From contig CAWGXH010000004.1 in NCBI GenBank assembly GCA_963826525.1, positions 256,001-320,000 of the forward strand: a stretch of DNA of 64,000 nucleotides, written 5' to 3'. Made by a program: the position numbers and the translations under genes. Positions 1 through 10,981 of the stretch are shown here, piece by piece (position 1 is the stretch's first letter; every line of letters begins with the position of its first letter). Below the pieces are notes generated by a model. The model was not told where the DNA came from. It was given only the letters and a program-made list of their open reading frames with translations, and did not search any database. The DNA comes from an uncultured Methanomicrobiaceae archaeon (GTDB lineage: Archaea; Halobacteriota; Methanomicrobia; Methanomicrobiales; Methanoculleaceae).

Positions 1-1036
1 TCGGAGCTCACAAACTCGACGTTTGCAGAGGCGGAGACAACATTATCAGTACCCATCCCGGCAGTTGCGGTTATCGTAACCAGGCCAATTCTCTCCGTAG
101 GGCCGTAACTGACGATAACCTGCCCGTAGGAGTTGGTGACGGTCGCGGTTGCGGTCGAGTTTTCGTCACGCGAGTTCGTGATGCTGAGCGGGCAACCCGA
201 GACGGCGTTGCCGTACTGATCGTGCACGACAAATGCCGCGAAGAACTTACTCGTTCCGTCGGCGGGCAGGATCGCCGGATTTAGTTCGACGTACGCCGCA
301 ATACTGGCGGGATTCGCGTGTGAAACGCTCAAGATAGTCAGCGATGTACTCATGATATCCCCGGAGGATAGATCATCACGTAATTCTCACCCGACACCTG
401 ATCGACCCTGAGCGTGACAGTGGCGTTTCCTGCCGCGTCCACGCTCTGGCTGATACAGTCAATATACTGCCCTTCGGCATTCAGGAACCCGGCATTTTCG
501 CCGACCGATCCGACGGTGAAGAGAACTGTCTCGGCAATCCTCCGGTTGTCGACGGTGATTGCCGTAGCAGTCGACCAGCCGGACTGTCACGGATCGTCGT
601 CTCCCCGACCGCCACCTCCGGCGTATACGCCGTCATGGCTATCCGATCAGGTGCGGCGTGGTCGATAGATATGGTGCACGTCCCTTGCCGCACCTCGAGT
701 TCCCTCCCCGACCTGCGCCGTTATCAACGCGGTGCCACTCACGGTTCCCGGCATAAACGTCGCCGAGGCGTGGCCCTGTGCATCGGTCACCCCGGTCACC
801 ACCGTGATGCTGCCAAGCCCCGGATCGCTCTCGAAGGTCACCGGGAGTCCCGGCACCGGGGTGCTGCCGTTCAGCACCGTGGCGGTGACGACGACACCCT
901 CGCTCCCGCCGGCCATCACCCAGTCCGTGCTTCCGGTCACCGTGACCAGATCCGGTATCAGCGCTGCCGCGGGCGGCACCAGCAGCATGGCACCGAGCAG
1001 AAGACACCCCGCTATCCAATACTTCATAGATTTCAC
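1..1036 (-). CDS. Secreted Ig-like (invasin/Big-type) domain protein, copy C of tandem array; runs off window edge; frameshifted
   Basis: Signal peptide MKYWIAGCLLLGAMLLVPPAAA nearly identical to copy B. Ig-like repeats with LPADGTSKF and DQYGN motifs homologous to copies A/B. ORFs 647..1036 and 481..693 plus manual translation of 1-400. Confidence 0.75.
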
Positions 1037-1830
1037 TTCTGGTTAATATCCCACACTAGTATAAATAAATACCCCATAAGATAAAGAGGCCTGAGGCGTT
1101 TTTTACAGAATTAAAATGTTTTAAACCCACAATTGGACAAATAGAGCAGATTTTAGAGCCAGAGTAAATATTATTTCGCAACCAGCCCCCGGAGCACCCA
1201 AATTCGTGCACCGAAGGAAAGGATATTTCTGCAACACCTTGATTGAGCACCCGGTGCTGCCGGGAAGTGTTGCTAAAAAAGAGGAGAAGAATTAGCGGAT
1301 CCGGATCGTCGCCTGCCCCTGCGAACCCACCCACACCGGTGATGCGAGCTCCGCCCGGGCATCCGGGGTATCCGGGCTGGAGGCATCCACCCGGAGCAGG
1401 TACTCTCCCGGTGGCAGTCGTCGCACGTCGAGCACGGTGCAATCAGGGGTGACGCCGCCGGTCACCGGCGGACGAATATCAAAGCAGACCCAGGTACATC
1501 CCCCGTCGCACGAGTAGGAGACAGTCTGCGAGGCGGTCGCAGCGCCGGTGTAGTTGATGTCCCACGCGACCGGGAGCATGTCCAGATACGGCTCTGCGCC
1601 GGTGCAGCGGAGGTTGTCGACGGCGAGAGCCATTGTCTCGATCCCTGAATTGTTCAGATCGGGGATCGCCGTGATGAAGAGGTCGGGGAGGTCGAGCAAC
1701 TCCGCACCGTCGTTGAAGGAGAGGGTCGAACCCGACCCGAAGACGTTGATATTCCCGTCCGTCAGAACCTGCAGCCGGAAAGTCGTCTCCCAGGTCTGGT
1801 TCAGCCTCACCGTGCCGATATCGAAGGTGA
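1000..1830. repeat. Tandem-duplication junction (gene 3' end + terminator + spacer + next gene 5' end), repeated at ~4338-5168 (period 3338 bp)
   Basis: 1241-1765 is nearly identical to 4579-5103. Stops (1292/4630) and starts (1036/4374) are both offset by 3338 bp. The AT-rich middle of the spacer has diverged but kept its length. Confidence 0.9.
1270..1291 (-). terminator. T-rich archaeal terminator after copy B (identical sequence after copy A at ~4608-4629)
   Basis: Minus strand reads TTCTTCTCCTCTTTTTTAGC directly after the stop codon. Confidence 0.5.
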
Positions 1831-4374
1831 GTGCGCGGTCCGCGTTCCACGCGTCGGTATCGTCCCGGGTGTATTCGGGGATGATGGTGGCAGTATCGTT
1901 GAAGCTGAAGATACGGGTCGAACTCCCCGGCACGTAGACGTACTCGAAGACATCCGGACCCTCCTCCAACGCACCGTTCACCTCGACATTCTCGAAACGA
2001 ATATCCATCCGGGTGTTCACGCTGGCTTCGGTCTGTCAATTCTCCGGCGATATCGGTATACACCTGCCGGCAAGTTCGTCTTCATTGCCGCGCCCATAAT
2101 ATTTGCCGCCGGTAGCCTCGGAGAGGATAGAAAGATCCTGCTCGACATTGTCGTTCAGATCGGAGGCAAAACCGACGACTATAGATCCTCACATGCTCCG
2201 TCGCATCACCGCTGCCTGCGTAAATCGACATGTTCTGATTGGTGAACTGACCGTCATCGCAGGTCAGCCCACGCGGATTGATGTCGACCCACACGCCACG
2301 CACGGTATTGTACCACCGCTCATAGCCTGGTACCGCTCAATGTTTGCATCCCCCTTCGGGTCAGCGAGATCGTGATACCACTCATAGTTTTCACTGCTGA
2401 ACGAATAGCTGCTTCCGCTCCAGTCATATCCCGATAGCGGCGCTCCCGACGCATAATAATCGCTCGTGAGGTATCGGTTATTATCCGCGTAACCGATCCC
2501 GTTTGCGAGCGGCGTGCCGTGATAGTTCCAATCGCCGTCACCCATCAGGATGACCGCCTTTACCGCTTCGGGTCTCCCTGTTCTCCTTGAGATACTTAAT
2601 AGCCTCATAGTATGCTCTTCGCATATTGGTAGCACCGGATGGGGACAACGCGTCGACCGCCGACTGAATCCACCAGGATCTATCGGTCAGCCCCTGGTCA
2701 AGTCTCGCATCAAAGGCAAAAGAGACCAGCGCCACCCTATCCCGGGCAGCCAGGTTCATCCGGCTGATAAATTCGTTCGCAGCATTCCTGGCAGCGATCA
2801 TGCGCGAGGGATTGATATCAGTACCACTCATACTCCCCGACCGGTCAATCACCAGCACAACATCAATGGGTTCGGGCTGGAGCGCCCACCCGTCTCCCCG
2901 CAGCCGGATGGTCGCATCGATGGTGTCGTTCACCGCAACCGTCTCAGGTGAGACGGAGGTCTCGACAGAGAGATAAGGGTAGTTTTTCCACGTCACCGGG
3001 ATCGTCCGGCTCACCTCTCCCCAGGTGGCGATGACCTTGCAGGTGCCGGTGGCGGTCGCACTGTAATTTGCGTCGTTTCGATCGGTCGTGAAGGTGCCGG
3101 GGCGGAACTCGACATCTGCGTAGCCGTCACCGTTCGTCAGCGCCGACGCCGAGACTAGCGAGGGTTCTTCGGTCTGGATATACACGCCCGGGTCAACGTC
3201 CTGCACCGTGAAGGCGACCGTCTCCCCGAATACCGGATTACCCTTGATATCCACCACCTTCGCCCTGATACGCGCCACCGAATCGGATTTCACATCCCGG
3301 CTCGGCATGTTCTGCGGGCTTGCCGTGAGCAGCATATTCACCGGGGCGGTGCTGGTGAACTCCACGGATTGAGAGACGGTGACGGACGAATTTGCCTCCG
3401 CCGTCGCGGTGATCGTCACCGTACCGGTGGTATCTTTCGGCCCGTAACCGATCGTGACCTGCCCTGCGCTGTTGGTGGTCAGCAGACGGTCTTCGCCGGA
3501 GAGGGAGGTCATTATCCGGACGGGCTGATTTTCCGAGGGATTGCCGTGCTGGTCGAAGAGAGTATAGGTGATGTAAAATTTGCTCGTCCCATCCGCAGGC
3601 AGGTACGGCGGAGAGCCGGCCGACGGGATTATGGTATGGATTATCGCGGCAGGCATTCCGTCTGCGATTCCGTAGATCGTCAGGAACCTGTCGGGAACCG
3701 GTGACGGCGGATCGACCAGAACGAGGTTTTCACCTGCACGCTGATCGACCCTGAGCGTGACGGTGGCGTTTCCTTCCGCGTCCACGCTCTGCCTGATGCT
3801 GTCGACATACTCCCCTCCGTCCAGGAACCCAGCATCTTCGCCGGCCGATCCGACGGTGAAGAGCACTGTCTCGACAGTATTCCGGTTGTCGATGGGATTG
3901 CCGTAGCGGTCGACCAATCTGACCGTCACGGCCGTCGTCTCCCCGACCGTCACCTCCGGCGTATACGCCGCAAGAGCTATCCGGTCAGGTGCGGCGTGGT
4001 CAATGGATATCAGTACACGCCTCCTCCACCACTTCGGTTCCCTCCCCGACCTCTACCGTTATCAACGCGGTGCCGCTCACGGTTCCCGGCTTGAACGTCG
4101 CAAAGGCACGGCCCTGTACATCGGTCACCCCGGTCGCCGGCACGATGCTGCCCTGCTCCGGATCGACCCCGAACGTCACCGGGAGTCCCGGCACCGGCAG
4201 GCTGCCGTTCAGCACCGTGGCGGTGACGACGGCGCCCCCGCTCCCGCCGGCAACCACCCAGTCCGTGCTTCCGGTCACCGTGACCAGATCCGGTATCAGC
4301 GCTGCCGCGGGCGGCACCAGCAGCATGGCACCGAGCAGAAGAAATCCCACTATCCAATACCTCATAGATTCCAC
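1292..4374 (-). CDS. Secreted Ig-like + vWA domain protein, copy B; several frameshifts
   Basis: Joined ORFs 4000..4374, 2538..3953, 2264..2635, 2082..2303, 1292..2020. Signal peptide, Ig-like repeats, vWA MIDAS motif DVVLVIDRSGSM, ILMGDG, C-terminal beta-rich domain ending ATIRIR. Confidence 0.8.
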
Positions 4375-4629
4375 TTCTGGTTAATATCACCTACCAATAT
4401 AAATAACTAGCTCGGGATTAAAATCGAGCATATGGCGTATTTATTGAATTGAATTGTTTTAGATGCATGAATAGAGATATGGGCCACATTTTGCAGACAA
4501 AATAACTATTATTTCAAAACAGGCCGCCGGAGCACCTGAACTCGTGCACCGAGGGAAAGGATATTTCTGCAGCACCGTGATTGAGCACCCGGTGCTGCCG
4601 GGAAGTGTTGCTAAAAAAGAGGAGAAGAA

Positions 4630-7583
4630 TTAGCGGATCCGGATCGTCGCCTGCCCCTGCGAACCCACCAGGACCGGCGACGCGAGCTGTGCCCGGGCAT
4701 CCGGGGTATCCGGGCTGGAAGCATCCACCCGGAGCAGGTACTCTCCCGGCGGCAGTCGTCGCACGTCGAGCACGGTGCGATCGGGAGTGACGCCGCCGGT
4801 CACCGGCGGACGAATATCAAAGCAGACCCAGGTACATCCCCCGTCGCACGAGTAGGAGACAGTCTGCGAGGCGGTCGCAGCGCCGGTGTAATTGAGATCC
4901 CACGCGACCGGGAGCATGTCCAGGTACGGCTCGGCGCCGGTGCAGCGGAGGTTGTCGACGGCAAGAGCCATTGTCTCGATCCCTGAATTATTCAGATCGG
5001 GGATCGCCGTGATGAAGAGGTCGGGGAGGTCGAGCAACTCCGCACCGTCGTTGAAGGAGAGGGTCGAACCCGACCCGAAGACGTTGATATTCCCGTCCGT
5101 CAGCACCTTAAGCCGGAAGGTCGCCTCCCAGACCTGGTTCAGCCGTACCGTGCCGATATCGAACGGGAGTGCGTGGTTCGTGTTCCAGGCAGCGGTATCG
5201 TTACGGGTGTAGGTACTGTCGAAACTCTTTATGAGGGTCGAACTCCCCGGTACATAGACGTAGTCGAAGACCTCATCTCCCGGCACGGGGGTGCCGTTCA
5301 CCTCGACATTCTGGAAACAGACATCCATCCAGGTGTTGACGCCCGCCTCGGTTTTGAGCTCTCCGGCTATCTCCGCGTATATGTCGGTAAGGTCCTGGGT
5401 ATTGGGAGCATGGCGGTAGAAGCCGCCGGTATGTTCGGCCATGCTGCGGAACGTCGTGCTCACGGTGGCATCCGGAGTAAAGGCAAACGCAATGGCGTAG
5501 ATCCGGATGCCATGGTTCTTTGCATATATCGACAGGTTCTGCTCGGTGAACTCGCCGTTCACACACCTCTCCGGGGAGCCGGCAAGTGTTCCGCCAAAGC
5601 CGTCGTAGTAGCGATAATTCACATCCTCCAAGACTGTTGCAGAGTTCGAGAACGTGTGTCCGACCCGTACGTTGGCCAACCGGTTCCGTGGGCAACCGGG
5701 CTCCCTGCGTTGTTCCAATTGCCGTCGGTCATGAGAATCACTGCACGGATCGCCTTCGGATTCGAACTGGGTTCTGCTATCAGGTGATCGATTGCACATT
5801 TCAACCCCGCCCGGGTGGCAGTGGCTCCGTTATCCGCGTCCAGGCCATCGATGCCGGCATTGACGGATGCAAAACTGCTCCCAAGAGCCGCATCAAGCGT
5901 AACGTCGACCTCATGGTCGTATGATACCATACCGAGCCGATCGGTATCCTCATTCATGCTGCCGATGAACGTCTTCGCCGACATCTTCGCTGCGTTCAAT
6001 CGACTGATCTTCTTGCCCGACGCATCGGTCACATCAGTCCCATCCATACTCCCCGACCGGTCCATCACCAGCATGACATCGAGGGGATCGGGCTGGAGCG
6101 CCCATCCGTCTCCCCGGAGAAGGACGGTCACATCGACGGTGTCGTTCACCGCAACCGTCTCAGGGGAGACGGACGTCTCGACGGAGAGGTAGGGGTAGTT
6201 CTTCCACGTCACCGCGATTGTCCGGCTCACCTCTCCCCAGGTGGCGATGACATTGCAGGTGCCGGTGGCGGTCGCACTGTAGTTGGCATTGTTTCGATCG
6301 GTCGTGAAGGTGCCGGGGCGGAACTCGACATCTGCGTAGCCGTCACCGTTCGTCAGCGCCGACGCCGAGACCAGCGAAGGTTCTTCAGTCTGGGCGTATA
6401 CGCCCAAGTCAACATCCGGTATCGTGAAGGTGACTGTCTCACCAGAGACCGGATTTCCCTTGATATCCATCACCTTCGCCCTTATGCGCGCCACCGAATC
6501 AGATTTCACATCTCGGCTCGGCATATTCTGAGGGCTTGCCGTGAGCAGCATATTCACCGGGTCGGTGCTGGTGAACTCCACCGGTTGAGAGACGGTGACG
6601 GACGAGTTTGCCGCTGCCGTTGCGGTGATCGTCACAGTTCCGGTAGTCTTCTTCGGCCCATAGCCGATCGTGACCTGTCCTGCACCGTTGGTGGTCAGCA
6701 GACAGTTTTCGCCGGAGAGAGAGGTCGTAATCCGGACGGCCTGACCTCCCGAGGGATTGCCATACCGGTCGAAGAGCGTATAGGTGAGGTAAAATTTGCT
6801 CGTCCCGTCCGCAGGCAGGTACGGCGGAGAGCCGGCCGACGGGGTTATGGTATGAGTTATCGCGGCAGGAACGCCATTGGCGATTCCATAGACCGTCAGG
6901 AACCTGTCGGGGACCGGGGTCGGCGGATCGACCAGAACGATATTTTCACCCGCATGCCGGTCGACCCTGAGCGTGACGGTGGCGTTTCCTGCGGCGTCCA
7001 CGCTCTGCCTGATGCTATCGACCCACTCCCCGCCGACATTCAGGAACCTGGCATCTTCGCCGGCCGATCCGACAGTGAAGAGCACCGTCTCCGCAATCCT
7101 GCGGTTGTCAACAATGTTGCCGTAGCGATCGACCAGCCGGACCGTCACGGGCGTCGTCTCCCCGACCGTCACTTCCGGCGTATACGCCGTCATGGCTATC
7201 TGATAGGGTGCGGCGTGGTCGATAGATACGGTGCAGGTCCCCGGCGGCACCTCGAATCCCCCCCCGACCCGCGCCGTAATCACTGCGGTGCCGCTCACGG
7301 TTCCCGGCATAAACGTCGCTAAGGCGCGCCCTTCTGCATTGGTGACCCCGGTCACCACCGTGATGCTGCCAAGCCCCGGATCGCTCTCGAAGGTCACCGG
7401 GAGTCCCAGCACCGGAGTGCTGCCGTTCAGCACTGTGGCGGTGACGACGGCGCCCTCGCTCCCGCCGGCAACCACCCAGTCCGTATCGCTGCCCACAGAG
7501 CACGAGTAAGGGAACTCTGCCGCGGCAGGAGCGACCGCCAGAGAGAGTGCGAGTACTATCAGTAAAGGTATCCAATGGTCCAT
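4630..7583 (-). CDS. Secreted Ig-like + vWA domain protein, copy A; one frameshift near 5660
   Basis: ORFs 5619..7610 and 4630..5799. Signal peptide MDHWIPLLIVLALSLAVAPAAA, Ig-like repeats, MIDAS motif DVMLVMDRSGSM, ILMTDG, HGIRIYAIAF. Confidence 0.85.
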
Positions 7584-7613
7584 GCTAGATCCAACCCCCA
7601 ATAGAGACACCAG

Positions 7614-7624
7614 GTATATAAATC
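7614..7624 (-). promoter_or_regulatory. TATA box of copy A (similar boxes at ~4397-4405 for B and ~1057-1066 for C)
   Basis: ATTTATATA/ATTTATA on the minus strand about 25-30 bp upstream of each start. Confidence 0.5.
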
Positions 7625-7810
7625 AGATCATGGATTGAAGGGATCTGAGGGGGTTATTTACGATATGGACAAATTATAGCCGGTTTTAAAATGATTTAAC
7701 AATTCAGAGAACGATTCTAAAAAACCTGCCCTTGTAGCGGAGTGCACTTAAAAAATATATATATAGAAGAAATGGTTTCCCCGTCCGGGCAACCAGAAAT
7801 GGGATATGCC

Positions 7811-7830
7811 GGGAGGGGCGAACCCCCTCC
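7811..7830 (-). terminator. GC hairpin with UUCG loop after the upstream membrane-anchored protein gene
   Basis: Minus strand GGAGGGGG-TTCG-CCCCTCC a few nt after the stop at 7834. Confidence 0.45.
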
Positions 7831-7833
7831 GTT

Positions 7834-9223
7834 CTACAGGCTGCGCTTCTTCGGTGACCGGAGTTTTTTCCCGCCTTTCCTCCTCCTATAGAAGAAACCA
7901 AGGGCTATGGCAGCGAGAAGGAGGGCGAAACCCCCGATTATAATGCCCTGATCAAACTCGCGCTCAAGGCACACCGTTGCCGCTTCAGCGGTTCTTCCGA
8001 GCGGAACCTCGAGAACGACGGAGGTAAACAGGTACCCTTCGAGCGATACCGAGAGATTGTAGGACTCCGAGGTCTTCAACATCGTCCGGAGAGTGCCTTC
8101 GGCATCGGTCGTCCCCGCCGGTCGACCGTCTATCAGAACCGCTGCACCGGGGAGGGAGCGGCCGTCGGTGTCCTCCGCCGTAATCGTCACGTCTGCCTGA
8201 GCATAAGCCAGATCAACGATGATATCCTCGCCCGTCCGGGCAACCGGGCAGGTGTCGCTCCAACTCACGTACCCGGGTGCCGAGACCTCTACCAGATACG
8301 TTCCCGCTTCGACGCTCGGAAGCCCGTACCTCCCGTACCTGATCCGTCTTCCCCTGCCACGTTCCGTTGATGAAGACATCTGCCTGCTCCACCGGTTTTC
8401 TGGTCTCGTCGTAGACCGAGACGGTGACGGGATAGGTCGACTTGGAGAGCAGCATCGTGAGCAGGACATCGTCCGCGGTGACCAGGTGTTCAGCTCGGTA
8501 GGTCTGGTAGTCGGATTTCTCGACCACAATCAGGTATCGCCGCTCCCGTTGCAGGTGGAGCGGGAGAAGCCCGTCGGTGCCGGTAGTGCCTGCATCAGCG
8601 CCGTCGATGACGACGGCGGCACCGGCAATCGGTTGCCGGGTCTGGGAGTCCTTCACCAGCGCTGCGAACTTATCGTTCCGGTATATCCGGTACTGGACGA
8701 CACGCCCGCTGCTGCCCATCTGTACCGTCCTTGATAGGGGGTAGTAACTCTGTGCACGGATCTCGATATTATACAGGCTCCCTGCTTTCACCTGAAAATC
8801 GGCTCTCCCACTGGCATCGGTCCTCTCGGAGCCATCGAATCCGTCCCCCTGCACCTGCACCACGGCATCCTGCACCGGTTGCAGACTCTCGCCGTCGAAG
8901 AGATCGACCGCCAGAACTTCGCTCTTGCGGGACATCTCGACCAGAACCGAAGATGCAGAATCCTCAACAAGACTCACCCAGTCGCCGTACCCCGACTTCG
9001 TCGCCTTGAGGCGGTAACTCTCGCTCGCCGAATGCGTATACGATAAAAGTCCGTTCGAACCGGTCATCCCGATGTAATCGCCATCGATGTAGAGCGAGAC
9101 GTCGCTCAAAGCAACGGACGTCGCCTCGTCAAGCACTGTGATCTGGAGGACTGCTGCCTGGGCACTACAGCAGACGAGAAGCACTCCGGCCACCAGGATA
9201 CAGAGAAGGCGACGTATATGCAT
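7834..9223 (-). CDS. Membrane-anchored surface protein with repeated carboxypeptidase-regulatory-like/PEGA-like beta domains; frameshift near 8340
   Basis: ORFs 8213..9244 and 7834..8529. Signal peptide, repeats of the type V.IDG...G.T...G, C-terminal TM helix followed by a basic tail. Confidence 0.7.
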
Positions 9224-9262
9224 GGATGAGTATTCTGCTTTCAAAAATTTGAGTGCATCGGT

Positions 9263-10787
9263 TTAAATCCAGCGCCCGGAGGAGAATATGCTCGAGGATC
9301 ATCCCCTCTACCACGACCGGCATAAGGGTTCGCGCCACCTCGATAGCACTCTGAAGCCGCCATGCACGGTCGGCATGCAGGGTGAGGATCGGATCGCCCC
9401 GCTCCACTCTGCTCCCTCTCTTGGCATGCACGACAATACCCGCCCCCTGATCCAGCGGGGAGCCTGCCGCACGGGCGATCGTGATGAGGGACCGGTTGTT
9501 CAGTTCGATCACGTATCCATCCTGCGGTGCCCGCACGATAAACTGGTACTCGCCCGCTGTCAGGCTCTCAGACGTGACGCTCGCATCGCCACCCTGGATC
9601 TCAATGATCTGTCTGAACTTATCGAGTGCCTTCCCGCTCCGGAGCAGATCTTCCGCCATCGAGAAACCCTGTCCCTGTGCGGCTTTGCCGGACATCTCGA
9701 GGGCGATTCCGGCGAGGGAGAGGCTTTTCTGGATCAGTGAGTTCGGCTCCGTCTTTCCTTCGAGGACGGCAAGAGCCTCTTTCACCTCAAGGATCGGGCC
9801 GATTGTGTGGCCGACCAGCGACTCTCCGTAACTGAGGGCGCATTCGACCCGTATGTTCAGGCGGTCGCCAAGTTCCATGAACTCACGCGCCATCTTCCGC
9901 CCCTCCTGGATATCCGCTATCTTCGTGTATTTGCCGACCGGGATATCGATGACGACGAGGTCTGCGCCGACAGCAAGTTTCTTGGCCATGACACTCGCCA
10001 GCATCTGGCCGCGTGCATCTATCTTGAGCGGGTACTCGTGGGTGATGATCCGATCGTCGGCAGGCGCAATGTTCGTCGCGCCGCCCCAGACGATGACACC
10101 GCCGACCTTCTCCGTCATCGTCTGGACTTCGTCTGCAGAGAATGCCACGGGCGCTACCACCTCCATCAGATCCGCGGTTCCTCCGGCACCGGTGATCGCC
10201 CGGGAACTCGTCTTTGGGATCTTGAGGCCGCTTGCAGCGATTATCGGAACGATGAGCAGCGAGATTTTATTGCCGGGCACACCGCCGATCGAGTGTTTAT
10301 CGACGATCGGGCGGGAGCTGAAATGGAGCTGGTCGCCCGTCTCGACCATGGCGCGGGTGAGATACTCAATCTCGTCCATATCAAGGCCATTTATGTACGA
10401 TGCGGCGACATAGGCGGTCACCTCACCCGGCGAGAGCGTATCGTCCACGATATCTTTGACGATCTTGAACGTCTCGTCTTTGGTAAACCGTTCCCCATCC
10501 ATCTTCTTCTTGATGTAGGCGAGCGATGCCGGGTGGTCTGCCCCCCGGACTTCGACACTGTCACCCTCGGCGAGCGCGAGGTCGGTGTTGAGAGGCCGGT
10601 AGATGCCGATAGTACCCTCGCTGATGAGCGAACCGGTGGTATCGACGTGCGCCTGGGCGGTCTTTCCCGCTCCCACGTTGGTTACCTGTACGCGGTCACC
10701 GTCCCGGACACGGATGCTTCGGGCATCCGCACTGTGCAGAAGGACGCCCTTGTTTGCGATATCAATGAACTTTGCTGAGAACTTCAT
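9263..10787 (-). CDS. deoA: AMP phosphorylase (thymidine-phosphorylase family, archaeal NMP salvage)
   Basis: [28 protein letters not shown] and [12 protein letters not shown] motifs plus the N-terminal double-psi-barrel-like extension. A probable 1-bp insertion near 9285 extends the computed ORF to 9165. Confidence 0.9.
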
Positions 10788-10981
10788 AGCAGATCCACCC
10801 TTCCAGTCAGGTGTATCGGGTTCTTTCTAGATAAAATCGGCTGTTTTTCACAGGCTTACCCAAGGGAGCCTTCACGGAATACCAGCCGCAGGAACGCCTC
10901 TGTGGAGAAGTCCAGCGAGATCTGCACGAAAGGAGAAACAAAACAGAACTGACAGTGAATTTTCCAAAGAAAAAAAGGGGT

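Noticed and set aside
1241-5103. Diversity-generating retroelement (TR/VR pair) behind the near-identical C-terminal repeats
   Set aside because: No reverse transcriptase in the window. Mismatches are not adenine-specific, and both copies are coding parts of a tandem duplication.
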